A stretch of DNA of 63,817 nt, counting the filler, from Rhabdomonas costata (taxonomy: Eukaryota), in the NCBI GenBank assembly GCA_019059605.1. It is 25 parts of 25 records of this genome, joined end to end, with 100 filler letters (N's around TTAATTAATTAA, not from the genome) between each part and the next. Parts side by side here need not be neighbours in the genome. Positions count along the whole stretch, not along the records: positions 10,236 to 12,693 come from JAHMHO010003314.1; positions 12,794 to 15,250 come from JAHMHO010003315.1; positions 15,351 to 17,809 come from JAHMHO010003316.1; positions 17,910 to 20,378 come from JAHMHO010003317.1; positions 20,479 to 22,936 come from JAHMHO010003318.1; positions 23,037 to 25,494 come from JAHMHO010003319.1; 19 more parts are not named here. One strand, given 5' to 3'. A program made the translations under genes and the position numbers. The notes under the pieces are model-generated. The model made no database searches. It was not told the DNA's origin and worked only from the letters and a program-made list of their open reading frames with translations. This document shows, one piece after another, positions 11,201 to 24,600 of this stretch (within the stretch, counting starts at the first letter, position 1; the number at the start of each line of letters is the position of its first letter).

Positions 11201-14200
11201 TACTATTAGTTTATGTCGGTACGCGCGTGTATGCTCACTGTGGTCCATGTCCATTCACCCCTGGCGGTGTTTGCCTTTTTTCTTTCCTTTGGGCTGAGCC
11301 GGGATGGTGAATGCGTACAATGACACGGGAAAACTACCGCCAGAAAATTACCCCGATTCTTCCTCGCGCAAAGCATTGTATTCTTTAGCCCCGCTTCGAC
11401 GCACGAACCTTTGATAGGCCACAGCGTTTTCTCCCATCTGTAACCCGGCCTTCTTCCCACCCTCTCTCCAGCAGGCTAGTAAAACCGCGGCATATGGGAT
11501 GCTTCGGCTAGGCGGGGGCCCTCGTGAAGAACAGAGACCGAACTGAAAAGGAAAACACGGCGTGAACCACGCCCAAGCAAAAGAAAGATTATACGGAAAG
11601 AAAAGTACACATGGCAAGCAAATCGGCTTTTTAAAGCTGCCCCCGAACGAAACCGGGGCGCAACTGGAAGCAGAACATGGGCAGCCCGAAGGCGCCGTGG
11701 GAGCGCAACGTTGGTTGCCTATTTCTAACAATAAGTGATTGATCAATGCCTCTTCTGTCGAATTAAGCGCGTTTGAGGGGGGGGTCAGTCGGGCAGAGCC
11801 GAAGGCACAAAAGCCCGCCCAAGCAAGCATGAAAACCAAATCTGCCACCCATCTAAACAGGCACATACCCCCGACCACCCCACTTCCATCCCTGCCGTTC
11901 AAACGTTGGTTGTTTTCGGGTTTTGGTTCCCGCCCATATTTTTCTCATCTTTATCTGCTCGTTGCCGGGTTCGCCGTCGGGTGGTGCTGTTTTGAAACGC
12001 TTTTGCACTGTTCGGCGTTTGAACGCCACGTTTTTTACATCGATTGTTCCTTGGCAAAATGGCCTGGCCTGGAGCAAATGAAAACAAAACGAACAAGACG
12101 CGCAAGGACCATCAGCAAGCAGCCGGACGCACGCAACAACATCGTTCTATTTTGATTTGGTTCGGTTTACCACGTCAGCGCTTAATCCCCCAGCGCTCAT
12201 TTCTTTGCCTTATGGTGCTTTGTGGTGTGATGTTTTCTACGTGGGTCACCGCCTGTCGCCTTCCTGCGTGCCTGTCGCGTAGGCGTCGCACGGTCAGGGG
12301 CGGGACCGTTTGGGAAGAGACTGGGCTAACACAAATGCGTGAGGTAATTCTGGCCCCAGAGGCCAGCGGCAAAGGAAAACCTTTTGGCGCGTTCGGCGTT
12401 CAGTGTTTTTGTTTGCACGCCGCTGCCCCGATCTCGCACTGCCGATTGCAATTGTCCATAACACGCCTGCGAGCAAGAAGCCGCACTGCGGTTCTGGGTG
12501 CTACCTCCGTCTGTGGGACCGTGGTGACGGTCTCCGTGGTTACCAAGGAGAGAATAGTAGCCGGGGGTCGAACCTTCCCCCCAAAATAGTATCCCGAGCT
12601 ACTAATAGAATATTTACGGTATGTTCAGCCGGAGCTCGTCCATTATCATTACCGTATGAGCCTGTTTTATTGTTTAACGCCCCCCCCCACCCCNNNNNNN
12701 NNNNNNNNNNNNNNNNNNNNNNNNNNNNNNNNNNNNNTTAATTAATTAANNNNNNNNNNNNNNNNNNNNNNNNNNNNNNNNNNNNNNNNNNNNTGTGTTG
12801 GGTGGACATCGATATGGCCGAATTAGACGTCCTTTTCTTTCATCCTCCTTCCTTCACTGGTCGAGATTCGGTGAATTTTTGTGACGTGTGTGTGTGTGTG
12901 CTGAGCACAGGCTGCGTCACTGGCTTCGTGCTGTGCAACCCTCGCGGGATGTATCCTTTGCATGCTGCCCCATGCTACGGTTTTGTTGGAAAGGATCCGC
13001 GGTGTGATTTTATTCCGTGTGTGCTGTGTTGGTCACTACGGTGACCGCCGCGTCTTCTTGAAGGTGTTTTGAGTTGCTCACTTTTATCTTGAAAAGAATC
13101 CCTGTGCCTCACCTTGCTGTTTGCATCCCGCCATCTGATGAGCAGGAAACGTGCGCGTCATGAACGAGAGCGCGATGTGGGGTCGGGTTGTATTGGAGTT
13201 TGCCTGTGGGCTGAAACAGAGATTGGTTGCGAGTGTGTGTGTGTGTGTGGGTGAGCATCGGGAAGTTGGCTTGGGTTTGGGGAGAACTCTTCAGTATGCA
13301 TTATGTATGCGTCACTGCTTTCGAGGTAGAACGGGGACACGTTCCTCATGTCCGCGTTGTTTTCTTTAAGGGTTTTCGACCTCAGGAAGTGCTTTTCCGC
13401 CCCACTGAACCCCATTCCCTGTCCCTGTGCCGTGCGCAAGATATTATTCCATTTTGTTTCTGGGGAAGGAATGTGTTGTACCAAAGTGCCCCCTGTGAAC
13501 TTTTCCTCCTAAGGGGTTGATACACCGCCCGCTGAGTGTGTCCTCTGCTCTCTTCAGCAATTTGAAGTGTTTCATTGGTGTCTGCGGACAAGTCGCAGCG
13601 CTCAAATCATTCCGCCGTGCCCTCGCCTTCCACCCCTTCACCCTGGTTCCCCTCCCGCCCAACCCACGTGCTGATTGGGCACTCTTTACTCCCCCCACTC
13701 TTCACTCTTCGCAGCCTACCACCTGTTGCAATCTCCTGCAGCAATGGTGGTGGTTTCGACGGCCAGTGCTTGTCCACATTTGGTGGTGGTTTCTGCGGAT
13801 TTCCCAACACGTCTTTTTTTCCCTTTCTCGTTTTTTCCCGTGCGCTCGACCAGTTCTGAACCTTGTTTTCGTACCTCCCACACAACCATCTTTTGCTCTG
13901 TGTCTGCTCATGCCGAAGTTTCTCCCCCTTGCTCTGGTGCCGTGGGTAATCACCCGTGGTTACATGCAGCCTGCGAGATTTCTGAAAAGTCAGGCAGGCA
14001 GTCACAAAACGGCTTCAGACGTACGCGGATCGCTGATCCCTCCGAATGTTTCCATTTTTGGCGAGATCGTTTGTCCTGATGTGATTAGGTGCTGCGCTTG
14101 GGAGTTGCCGCTCAGCAATAAGTTATTTTCACGCCGTCCCACCCTTCGCTCCGTGGCCGCGCACTGCATCTCCCTTCCAAGCGTTTGGGAACTTTGTACA

Positions 14201-14526
14201 TGGGCAAGGGTTATGGTGGCTCTCACAGAGAGAATTATTGCGAAGGACAGGGAGGGGGGGGGGACGGGAAGCGGTATCGGGCAAGCAAATGTTGCACCAC
14301 CCTCCCACCGCTAGAAAGCAGTCTGCAAGAGCCGCAGCAAGGGTTTGAGCTGCCGCTGTCCATTGCCTTAGGTGCAGTTGTGCCTGTAATCATGAGAACT
14401 TTTATCATGAATCCGCTTGCATTATGTTCAACTTTTGTTCGAAGTTTTCCGTTTCTGTCCTTTGATATACCCCTTGTTTCCTGGTCGCGCTTGTGATGGC
14501 GGACAGACCCCAACCTGACGCTGCAG

Positions 14527-14850
14527 GGAAGCATACCGCTCCCCCTTGCGAAACATTCTGCAGCTCTTCCGGTCCCGCCCCTGCGCCCCCGCTGGGCCCA
14601 ACCAGCGCGCCATTGTATTTCTCACCTCCCTCCTCTGCCGCGATGCCCGGGACTCTTTCCAGCTCACGCTGTGAGCAGACATCTCTCTCGATCGCTACCA
14701 TGGCCCCACCGCCGCCCAGTGCTGCCGTGGCGAGGGCAGCCTCGGCGGTGGAGGGCTCTGCCGCCGGCGCTGACGTGTCCCCGACGTCGCTTGTGGGTGA
14801 CTCTTGGTCGCATTGCGAATCTGTTGCCAGCACCGCGGAGAAGTCTTTGG
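14527..14850 (+). CDS. Ser/Pro/Ala-rich low-complexity exon, unknown protein
   Basis: GC-rich open frame after ctgcag| within ORF 14493-14966. Confidence 0.3.
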
Positions 14851-16249
14851 TGCGCCTGGCGCACCCTCGTCGTTGGAAAAGCCCTCTTTTGCACATCTCT
14901 TCATTTTCGGTGCCAAGAAATGAATTCATTCCGCATCATCACCGCATCTTCGTCTTTTGTTCCTGAACCATTTGTCATTTTGATGCATTGTTTCAGGTGG
15001 TTGCACCATCCTTATATGGGAAGAGAGATCCATCAGTTCCAGTTTTGGCAAAGTAATCACCAGCCAATGACTAACCTTTACAGATGGTCAATGTTTCTAT
15101 GCAAATAGGAAGCTGTAAATCGGCAGGAGAACCGGTCTCGCGATACACTGAACCAAACCCGAGGGTAGGTGGATTCTAGATTCTAGACGCACGCCCACCA
15201 GCAGCCAATTCACTCATGGCTCATGATGACCCCCCCCCCGTACTCTGGGGNNNNNNNNNNNNNNNNNNNNNNNNNNNNNNNNNNNNNNNNNNNNTTAATT
15301 AATTAANNNNNNNNNNNNNNNNNNNNNNNNNNNNNNNNNNNNNNNNNNNNATGCCTTCAGATGCGGTGGTTTTGGTGTTTCTTTTTTGGTGTTATGCGTC
15401 TAAAGAATTCCGTTCGGAGTGTACGCACAAAAGCGCCCGGCACCGGTGTCCTTTCGGGAATTTTCCCCCGGGCTAGGCGCTATGCGCAAGTGGTTTACAA
15501 AAAAGCGCGCGCGAAGGAGAAGGGCACAAATCCACCCAGTAAATGGGAATTTATCTCAAACAAACGCTTTATTTGCATTTCGTGAACGCAAGAAGAGGCA
15601 GTGGAACGTGTCAAAAAAGAACGAGCAGACCATGCACTAGAGGGCGCGGATCGCTCGGGACAATAATGTTTCGCTTGCATTTCCCACTTTGCCAAATGGA
15701 TTGGCCCCCCGCGACAAAAATTTCTGAGAGCGCTCCGCCAATTTAGGTTTCCACGCTGAGTCGCTAGCTTTTGAATAGGGTCGAGTAGAGCATGGACTTT
15801 GGACTTTGGTCTTCGACTGTCAGCCGCAACCTGCCACTCCTTCACACCATCTTTCGTTCGCTACTCCAACCTTCTTCTGCCTCACCGCCTCGCTTTGCCA
15901 AACTCGTGCCGGGGACTTGGGATGAAAATGGGCCGCATGAGCGCATGTAGCAATTACAATGCTAACCTACCGCTCGCGGAGGCAAAACCAATACATCCAA
16001 CCCCTAACGTCCACAGCTTGTCCCAAGACGCACACAACCAATCGCAAACCACCAAATCCTTCTTCAGGATAAGAAAGAAGGAAATAAAAACCTCTTATAC
16101 GGCGCTGCTGCCTCCTTTTGCGTCGTTCCTGGTTTCTCTGGCTTGATCTTCTTGATCTCATTTTCTTGGAGGCGGCCTTGTTTTTAATGGGCTTCGTCCT
16201 CTCGCCGGAATTTCCCCAATATCATTTGGTATCATTCTGAAAACAAACT

Positions 16250-17340
16250 TGGACAAAACTCTCCCCTCGAACCTCGAATGCACCACACTTCCCAAATGTT
16301 CTCTAGCCACACCTACATGCATTATCTCTATTGTAAAACCTACGCGACCTAGGCCGTGACTACCTCCACTGCTTGTGTGGAATATAACCGACTGTTCTTT
16401 GATGACAAATACCTACGTTGAGTTCAGAGAACCACGGATTTTGTGCTGCATGATCTGAGAGAGTTCGCATGATCGTACGTGGACGACAAATTGGTGAACA
16501 CAAACCAGGTAGAGGATCATGTAGCGGCGTTGGTTGCAAGAGGCGATGTAAACGGATATTGCGGAAGTTTGGATTGAAACATTAGGGAGCATGAGAGTGG
16601 GTATGTGCAGCAAAAAGATATTCAGTGTTGGTGGTGTAGCAGTAGATATACCTTCTTTCTTGAGAATGAGCTGGAGAGTTATTTCTTTGCAGTTTCTTTT
16701 TCAGGAATTTCTGGTGAAGCAGAAGATACCAAGCGGATTTTTTCATCTAAGAGGAGGATTTACATGGTGTAGATTTGGTAATTGTGAACGTGTTGAGGTG
16801 AGAGTGTGATTTTGTAGTGCGCGTGCCATTGTGTGAAAGAGTACTTATCAAGTGTGTGCACGTGTGTGCTGACTAACTACTCAAGCTTTGAGTGTGGTGT
16901 GGTCGAGCATAGTGATGTGGAGGAAGAGCGCATCTGAGTGAGTCTTTGCAAAAAACAAACATCAAGCTATCAAGCTATCAATCAGTTCAGTGCTTTGCAG
17001 TGAAGTAGGCGTTTAGCAAGTGAGAAATCTGGACCAGGATTGCTGGAGTAGTTGGACCATAAGTGGGACTACTGTAGCGCCGTGAGTGTCATGTACTATG
17101 TGGTGTATGCTCTTGAATATGGAGATGTTGGACCGTTTTACCGTTTGTGGATGGACAGCGCACACTGAGTTTTATGACGGAAGATGAATTCAAAAAGAGC
17201 AAAGCGCATTGTGCTGTGTAATAAACCTCATACAGGAGTTGTTTCACATGAGATAAGAGCGAGAGTTTTTACTGTTTAGACGATTAGAGTGTGTCAGAAA
17301 TGGAGAGTTGGACAGTGGAACGCCACGTACCTTGTCTTGA
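16250..17340 (-). mobile_element. Possible highly decayed non-LTR retrotransposon (APE endonuclease region)
   Basis: AT-richer, strand-biased, stop-riddled tract. Minus strand ~17078-17051 reads ATVV.TYGPT with a frameshift, resembling the APE 'TIISVYAPT' motif. Confidence 0.25.
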
Positions 17341-18241
17341 ATGCTGTCATATCAACTCGAGTCGGATTGATTATGATCTCGTGAACGCCTGAATGAAAAT
17401 CTAATTTCGTGAACCTCTTTGAGTGCCACTACATGTCAATCATCTCGTCAATCCTCGGCAACGGGTCTTTGCAGTGATTGCTTTTAGTTGGATTTAGTTC
17501 ATTAACAACCTAAGTTTCCTGTTAGCCTTAGAAGCGAAAAAACTTCCTCCACAAACGGCTACCGCTTTCACAGCTTCCACCGCTTTGCGGGGAAAATTTC
17601 AACTTTTTCCTAACTTGAAAAACACACGGATGCTAGACTTCAAAGGAAACACCTTATAGCATTCCTCACACACTAAATCTGCGCTCATAAATGAGTCCCA
17701 GGCTCCTGATCCCAGCAAAACGAAACGTGTCTTTGCTGCCAAGGCAACTGAAAGATGGAGCAAAGTCATCAAGGCGTGTGGCTGATGCACTTTTTTATCA
17801 CAACAAACCNNNNNNNNNNNNNNNNNNNNNNNNNNNNNNNNNNNNNNNNNNNNTTAATTAATTAANNNNNNNNNNNNNNNNNNNNNNNNNNNNNNNNNNN
17901 NNNNNNNNNTGTGGGGTTGGTATTGAATCTGCAGTCTCTGTGCCCACTTATGGTTTTTGAAGAGTCCACTAGGGCCTTTTCACGCCTTATCGACTTAAAA
18001 ACCAAATTCCAAGGGCCTCGGATGCTCTTTTGGATCTTTGCAGGCCTGCATACGGAGCCTAAGCTTTTGGCGGACGGGCCTAGTTAGCATACCCAGATGT
18101 ACTTGATGCAGGCAGCGGAGTGGGCCGAACGCTTCGATCCACAACTGCCCTGGAGGCTATTTAAGGGTTACTCATTTTCCAATGTCATCGTTTGCATCTC
18201 TCCAAGCATCCTTTCCCTTTGTTCGTCCTGATTTCGTCCAG

Positions 18242-20079
18242 GCTCTGAGTCGGCTGAGGTGAAGGCTTTCATGAGGCTCAGCGTGATCGCCTCTGATCTC
18301 CTGGTGTACATCCCTGGGTGTTTTTTTGTGGTGGACTCGCTGAGGTTGGTCGCTGAGGTTCTCTCCCTCCCCCTCCCTGACGTGGCTGCGGTCGTATGGA
18401 ATATTGTGCTGGTTTTGTGTGTGAATGTGTGCGAGCAATGTCGGTGCTTTAGTAGGCGTATGCCTATGTTAAAGTTACCCACAGTCGCGCAGAAGCTGCT
18501 CGAGAATGAGCATCCGTGCAAAGTAAAACTCAAGCAAAAAGAGAGAGAGAGACTCAGAGGAATGCACGGTAAAGTCGCCTGGTGAAGGTAATATAACGTC
18601 TAGGAACACCAGGATAGCATCGCTGGCGCGCGCATACCCAAGTAGCACCATGGGAGTAGCTCTTTCTCTGTTTCTCTCGCTGTGGGGATTTCTCTCTCTC
18701 AATTGCTTGTACTTGTATTTTTGCATACGTGTGTGTGAAATCCGTGCGGGGCCACGCACGTCTTCAGCTGCGAGGCGGTAGAATACGCAGGACCATCACA
18801 TAAAAACATCTCCCTAGTCAACTCTGCAAAGGATGCCAATACGTCCCGCAAATCGATGTGTATTTGTTTTTGCTCCTCCTTTGCGGATGCAGGGGCTGCT
18901 TTGTGGGCTCGCGGGGCTGCCCTGCGCGCGCTGCTGCCGTGGCCGCCCTTCTGCTGCTGCACCCTTGCCTGCTCATCATTGATCATGGGCACTTCCAGTA
19001 CAACGGCATATATGCGCCGTGTGGTTTTGCGTGCGTTGCTACGACTTTGTGCCCAGTTGCCCTAGGCTTGCCCCCACAGGCAACAGGTGCCTTGCCGGAA
19101 CTATTTTGGATTCGTAATGCGGCCTTCTTGTCCCTCCTCTTCCCACACTTGGTCTCCACTTTTGTTGCCAGGCTGGCTTTCAAGGGTTTTTTGTTTGATA
19201 CTTTCATACCAAGCTTTTTTTTCAAATGGCAAAACATTGGCAGAGGACACCAAAAAGACAACGAAGAAAAAGAGGGAATGCCGCACAAAAATATAACGCG
19301 CCATTCAATCGGGAGGAAATAAATTAATGCCCTAAAAATGTTTTTCTGCTACTTTTTTCTTCGCTGCTGGCAAAAGGAGTTGCGCTGGGGCTGCTACTGT
19401 TTGCTGTGGGGTTTACAGCCCGGGGCTACCTCGGGGTGGCCTCCGTGATGTACGTACTCTCCGTGAACTTCAAGCAGATCTCGCTGTACTACAGTCCAGC
19501 GTTCTTCTTCTACTTCCTTGCGGTGAAGTTGCGCTGCACCTCCGTAGCTCAGGGTGTGTGGACGGGTGTGCGTAAGTGTATGGGTTCGGGTTGTGCTGCT
19601 GCGTTAAATCGGTGGTCTTCTTGGCCGGTAGAACTTCAATGCCACTTTCAGTGTGGTTTTCGATTTGAGACGAGAATTCCTTGGGCGCCGCACACCGCTT
19701 CTTTGTTACCCCAACTGGGATCTCTATAAAGCTTTCTTTTGGTGAACGCTGCAGTTGCGTTCACGACTGTATACCTGTGTGACTTACCCCTTCCACACTA
19801 CTCCACTCACATTTTTCCACTCGGTGTGGACCTTGTGTGAACCTTTCCACTCAGTCCAATCAGTGCACCCTTTCACAGCCCTCTCGCCCTCTCCTCCGTC
19901 GCACATTTTTCCCGTGTGTGTGTGTGTGCTTGTGTGTGTGTCGCCCCGTGCGCAGCTGTGGCAGGAGTGGCAGTGCTGGGGTGCGCTGTGGTTTCCACGT
20001 TTGCTCTGTGCTGGGCGCCATGGGTTGGCACCGCAGAGGGGCTGTCCCAGGTCGCACGGAGAGTGTTTCCCGTGGAGAG
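18242..20079 (+). CDS. ALG6: Dol-PP-Man9GlcNAc2 alpha-1,3-glucosyltransferase (partial)
   Basis: Exons 18242-18345, 18893-19005, 19377-19553 and 19956-20079 join in frame: 'GSESAEVKAFMRLSVIASDLLVYIP', 'PCLLIIDHGHFQYN|GVALG', 'NFKQISLYYSPAFFFYFL', 'QVARRVFPVER'. Confidence 0.9.
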
Positions 20080-20344
20080 GCACGGCTCTCTCTCCAACCC
20101 CTCTCCTATCTTTCGACCCCCCGCCTCTGTCTCCGCCACTGTTATGTCCGTGCATACGAAGTGTAGCGCTCTGAATACCAAACCATGCCCTTATTGCTCT
20201 GCTGCTACTTCTCTGCCACCGCGTTGAGCTTTCCTCTCAGCGAGGGTCTGGTGGTTCACAGCCGCTTATCCTTTCGCGTGCATTCTTTCTGGTTATAGAA
20301 CTGATCGTGTTTCTTCAGCAAAGACTCGTGGACTGGTAACACTA

Positions 20345-20348
<4 letters not shown>

Positions 20349-20377
<29 letters not shown>
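20349..20377 (+). repeat. (CA)n microsatellite at contig end
   Basis: About 14 CA units read directly. Confidence 0.9.
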
Positions 20378-20538
20378 CNNNNNNNNNNNNNNNNNNNNNN
20401 NNNNNNNNNNNNNNNNNNNNNNTTAATTAATTAANNNNNNNNNNNNNNNNNNNNNNNNNNNNNNNNNNNNNNNNNNNNGGTTTGCACTTTGGAGTCCTTT
20501 AACGTTTTTTGAGGCACTTGCACTGCACTATTCTATAG

Positions 20539-22475
20539 TCGATGCGGAATGCATTTCGCGGCGTTCTTTGGGCACACCGAAGTCATTAAGCTTCTTGTGA
20601 AGAACAGCGCCGACGTGACAAGTGCCGACTACGACCATTCAACTCCCTTGATGCTTGCAGCCAAGAAGGGTGAGCAGGTTTGTGACTTGTCCATGGTCTT
20701 TCCATAGCATGGCATTGCACCTTTTGGTCTGGCAAACAGAGATGACGGGGGTCCTTTCTTTGCACATACCGCATCAGCCGCACAATTTCTGTCAACCAAT
20801 TCAACCCTTTTGGGGTTGCGTTCGTTTTGCAGTTTGATTGCAGTTTGCTTCGCAAACTTTCGCACACGCACGCTTGCACGCTTATTCCGATTATTCATTT
20901 CTTCCTCCCGCCTTTCTGCCTATCTTCCTCGTTTGTCGGTCAGTCAGTCTTCACGTGACATGACACGTGACGGTTGCATTTTTTTTAGTTTTGTTTTGTT
21001 GTTGTTGTTTGGTGTAGGTTTGCTCTCCTTTTTTTGCTCAGGAGTCCATCCGCTGCCTTGTGTCCTGCAAAGCCGACATAAATCAGGCCACCACAGAAAG
21101 CCAAATTACGGCTTTTCACCACGCTGCGGCGGTCGGGGACGTTGCAGTGCTCGAGTTCCTGACCAAGCTTGGAGCGAAACCAAGTGCTGGGCCTCCTGTT
21201 GAAAAGGGCTCGGTGTTACACTGGGCGGCAACTTCGGGAAAGATGGAGCCTGTTTCCTATTTGATGGCATGTGAGTTTGTTTTCCTGTTTTTGTACGGTA
21301 GATATTTTTCGGACAAAACAAATCATTTTGTTTCTGCGCCAAAAAAACCCCTTTTCACTGGCAGTCCTGTCACTGTCTTTGTGGTCTTTTGTGCACCCGC
21401 CCCCCCAAGACCCTGCTTTGGTGTCATAAGTGTTCCAAGTACCCATTTTAGACCGTGGTCCTGTGAGGGTCAACTTCGTGTGCTCCCTTTCAATGAGGTA
21501 AACCCTTGTTATGCGGCTTAGCGGAAGTTCTTGGACTCTTTCGTCACCCCACCCCACCTGCAGTTTACCCCGTTGTGGTTGGCCTCCCTTTTCGACGCAG
21601 GACTTCCACAACTTGCCCCTCTCCGTCGTGGACACCAATGGTGGGACAGTGCTTCACAGCGCAGTGGCTTTCGGACATTCCGAGCTGGTGCTCTTCCTGC
21701 TGGAGCGCCAGGCTGACTCCAACGCTCGTGCCCGAGGGGGTTGTACTCCCCTGCACCTGGCTACCGAAAGTGGTGACAAAGAAGAGGTTGGCGAGGTTCT
21801 GGACGTGGTGGAGCCACGATCGTGTTTATTGTAAAAAAGATATTCCCATAATCAAAGACAACAAACAAGAGGGCGAAGCCGAAGCAGGCCCGGGGTCTTT
21901 TTCATATACAGTGCTTTCTTGACCTGTATTGGACACGGGGGGAAATTTGAAATACTTGTAAAAAAAAGATTTGTAAAAAGTTTGAACATGCAAAAGATCC
22001 CGGCCTGCTTCGGCTTTGCCCTCTGAAAGGAACAAAAGTACAGTACAAAAGCACAGTGTGTCTGACGTGTGGGAAAAGTAGAAATGTTTGCAATCCAATA
22101 TTTAGCGTTGTTTTGGCATATTTGGCGTTGTTTGTGGTTCTTTTTATTTTGGCTGATGGCGTCTCCACAGGTTGTGCAGCACCTTCTCACCTTCGGAGCA
22201 ACAGTGCTTGCAGACGAATCGGGCGACACCCCTCTGACCACTGCCACCCAGGCACGGCTTCGTCCTAAACCGACCCCCCGCCCAACCCCTTCTTTAATTT
22301 CGTTTATCTTGCGCATGTGTTTGCAACATGTCTTCATTGTTTTCGCTTTCATTTTGCACAGAGGGGGAAAACTGCCATGGTCAAGGAATTGAAAAAGCAG
22401 CAGGCTGGGGGCTACGTGATCAGCCCGGAGAAGCGGCTGGAAAACATGGAGCGCTTCAAAATGCAGGGAAACAAG
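20539..22475 (+). CDS. Ankyrin repeat plus TPR protein (partial)
   Basis: Exons 20539-20677, 21042-21266, 21601-21786, 22171-22251 and 22362-22475 join in frame. About 7 ankyrin repeats (MHFAAFFGH, TPLMLAA, TAFHHAA, SVLHWAA, TVLHSAV, TPLHLAT, TPLTTA), then a TPR start 'MERFKMQGNK'. Confidence 0.92.
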
Positions 22476-24600
22476 GTTGCCCCACATGCCTGAATTGCCG
22501 AACACCTCGCTGGACTGGGTTGGCCTTCATTTCTTTTCGAGCCTCGCAGAGGGGAGGCTGAGATTCTCGTATGACGCAAACAGAAGCAGAAGCAAAGCAA
22601 GCGTACGTGCCCATCACTTTCACGGTTTGCTGCCTTCATGCCATGGCCGGAAGTTGTGGGGGACCCCACCCACAACGCTCGCTCAACAACGCCCTACAAC
22701 GGTCGCTGTGTGTCTTCATCCGGGGAATCGAGGGCCAAATGAGATGTACCAAATGCCCCCCATCCGCGCCTGTAGGCCCCATCGGCCAGCTGGACCATAG
22801 TACACCACGGTTCCCGTATATCGGGAACCCCTCAACGCCCCAAGGCCCAGCTAAGGGGTTTATGTGGGCTGCGGCTAGGCTAGACACGGCCACCTGAAGG
22901 GCGGACCCCTACGTGCCTCTGGGGGGGGGGGGTTTCNNNNNNNNNNNNNNNNNNNNNNNNNNNNNNNNNNNNNNNNNNNNTTAATTAATTAANNNNNNNN
23001 NNNNNNNNNNNNNNNNNNNNNNNNNNNNNNNNNNNNGTGGGGAGGCAGAGATGGAGAAATGAGCACAGGGTGGCAGCTCTTCACATCGTCCGCAGCGGAT
23101 GCTCCGGGGGTGTGGAATGGGTGAGAGAGGTCAGGGTACGCGCGCGACACGCGACAGTCTGTTGGGATTGTAATTAAAAAAGCCCAAGCCCCCGGAAAGT
23201 AGCGGAAAGAAGGGAGGAAGCGCGAAGAGAAAAAAGAAGCGGCCAATGAAGGTGTTAATATAGAGCGAAGAGTGAGGTAACACTTCGGATGGCCTGGGGA
23301 CCTCCCGCAAAAAATGGTGTGACGGCGTGACGTGGGAGGGTGCAACGTAACAGCTAAAAATGAGTTTATTATACTCGCGCTTGTGGGCACAGCATTGCAC
23401 ATGCCAATACTCAAACCACTTATGTTCTGAGCACCCAAAGTCACACTTACAAATATCTTGCGAATTTGCAGCATTGAACTCAAAATCTTCGACCTTTCAT
23501 TGGGCACAGGGAGCGAGAAAAAAGAAGTTGAACGCAAAAATAGACAGGCCTTACGAATGGGCTGAGAACAGGTATATACTCAGGCCCAAAGTGGGGCACT
23601 GCGAAGTGGGGCGAAAGGCAGGTGTGGTAACGGAGCGAACAAAGACAATACAAAAAAGCCTCTCTCTGCGAGGAAGCCGCAAAAGGAAGGTTCGGGAAAA
23701 GGATCCGGGGCACAGCAGCGACAAACTGGAGGCAGACGATCAGATTGCACTCAGGAATCATTCGAAGAATGGAGATTCGGAGCCAAAGAAGCCAAAGATG
23801 GGCACAGGTGCTGTTGATGTCACCCCAAGCTTGATCCAAATTCAGCGGACTGCGAGCCAGAAATTCAATCCGCGACATGGACATGCCCACATCGGATCAG
23901 CGCTAAGCGCAACATTCCACAAGTACGTACTCATCAACTCATGCTCACTAACTCGTTCGCTGACACATGACACGCTGGGTCAAAATCCTAATTCTCAAAT
24001 GCACTCCCCCAACCCTTTGGAACGGGGGATGGGGGATGGTGCACCTCTTGCATATTCCACTGCACTTTTACTGAACCATTATTCCGCCCCACCCAACTCC
24101 CAAAAGCCAGAAACAAGGAGACTGTAATCACGGGCGCTGCAGGTAGTGCATGCGCGCGCTTGGGTGCCGAGAAATCGCGGGGGAATGGCCACGCCACACC
24201 ATCGCCTTGTGGTTTGTGGTTTGTGTAGGTATGTGAGCACCCTTCCGGCGCAAAGGCAGTGCGTATGGTTTAGACGCGCAAAACTGCCCTGGGGAACGCT
24301 CAAAGAAAGGGCGGTGCAGTAAAGTTTCTTCTTTCTTTTGTACCAGGGCGTGTGCGCGCGCTGTGGTGCATCGTTTCCCGTTTGTCCACCAAAGGAGCGA
24401 GGAAGGGAAGTTTGAAAGACGCACAGTGAAGACAGAGAGACGGAGTGGCAGCGTGAGATCAATCGGGGCCAGAAGTCCCTGAAGCCCTCACTCACCAATA
24501 CAGCGATCTCTAGGCCTCAGGGGGGCTCCCGTTTTGCCGGCCCTCCCCTTCCCCCCTCCACTCATCAACATTAGCGTTAGGGCGTGGTGCGCGAGATCAT

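Noticed and set aside
13517-14314. 265-aa ORF
   Set aside because: Phe/Leu/Pro/Ser-rich translation of pyrimidine-rich, intron-like sequence with no recognisable domain.
19006-19377. Euglenid non-conventional intron obtained by sliding the ALG6 junction
   Set aside because: No CAG/CTG terminal pairing or convincing stem. GC-AG explains the junction more simply.
23360-24127. 255-aa plus-strand ORF downstream of SHMT
   Set aside because: No domain motif and no coding-like GC3 bias. It may contain an exon, but this cannot be supported.
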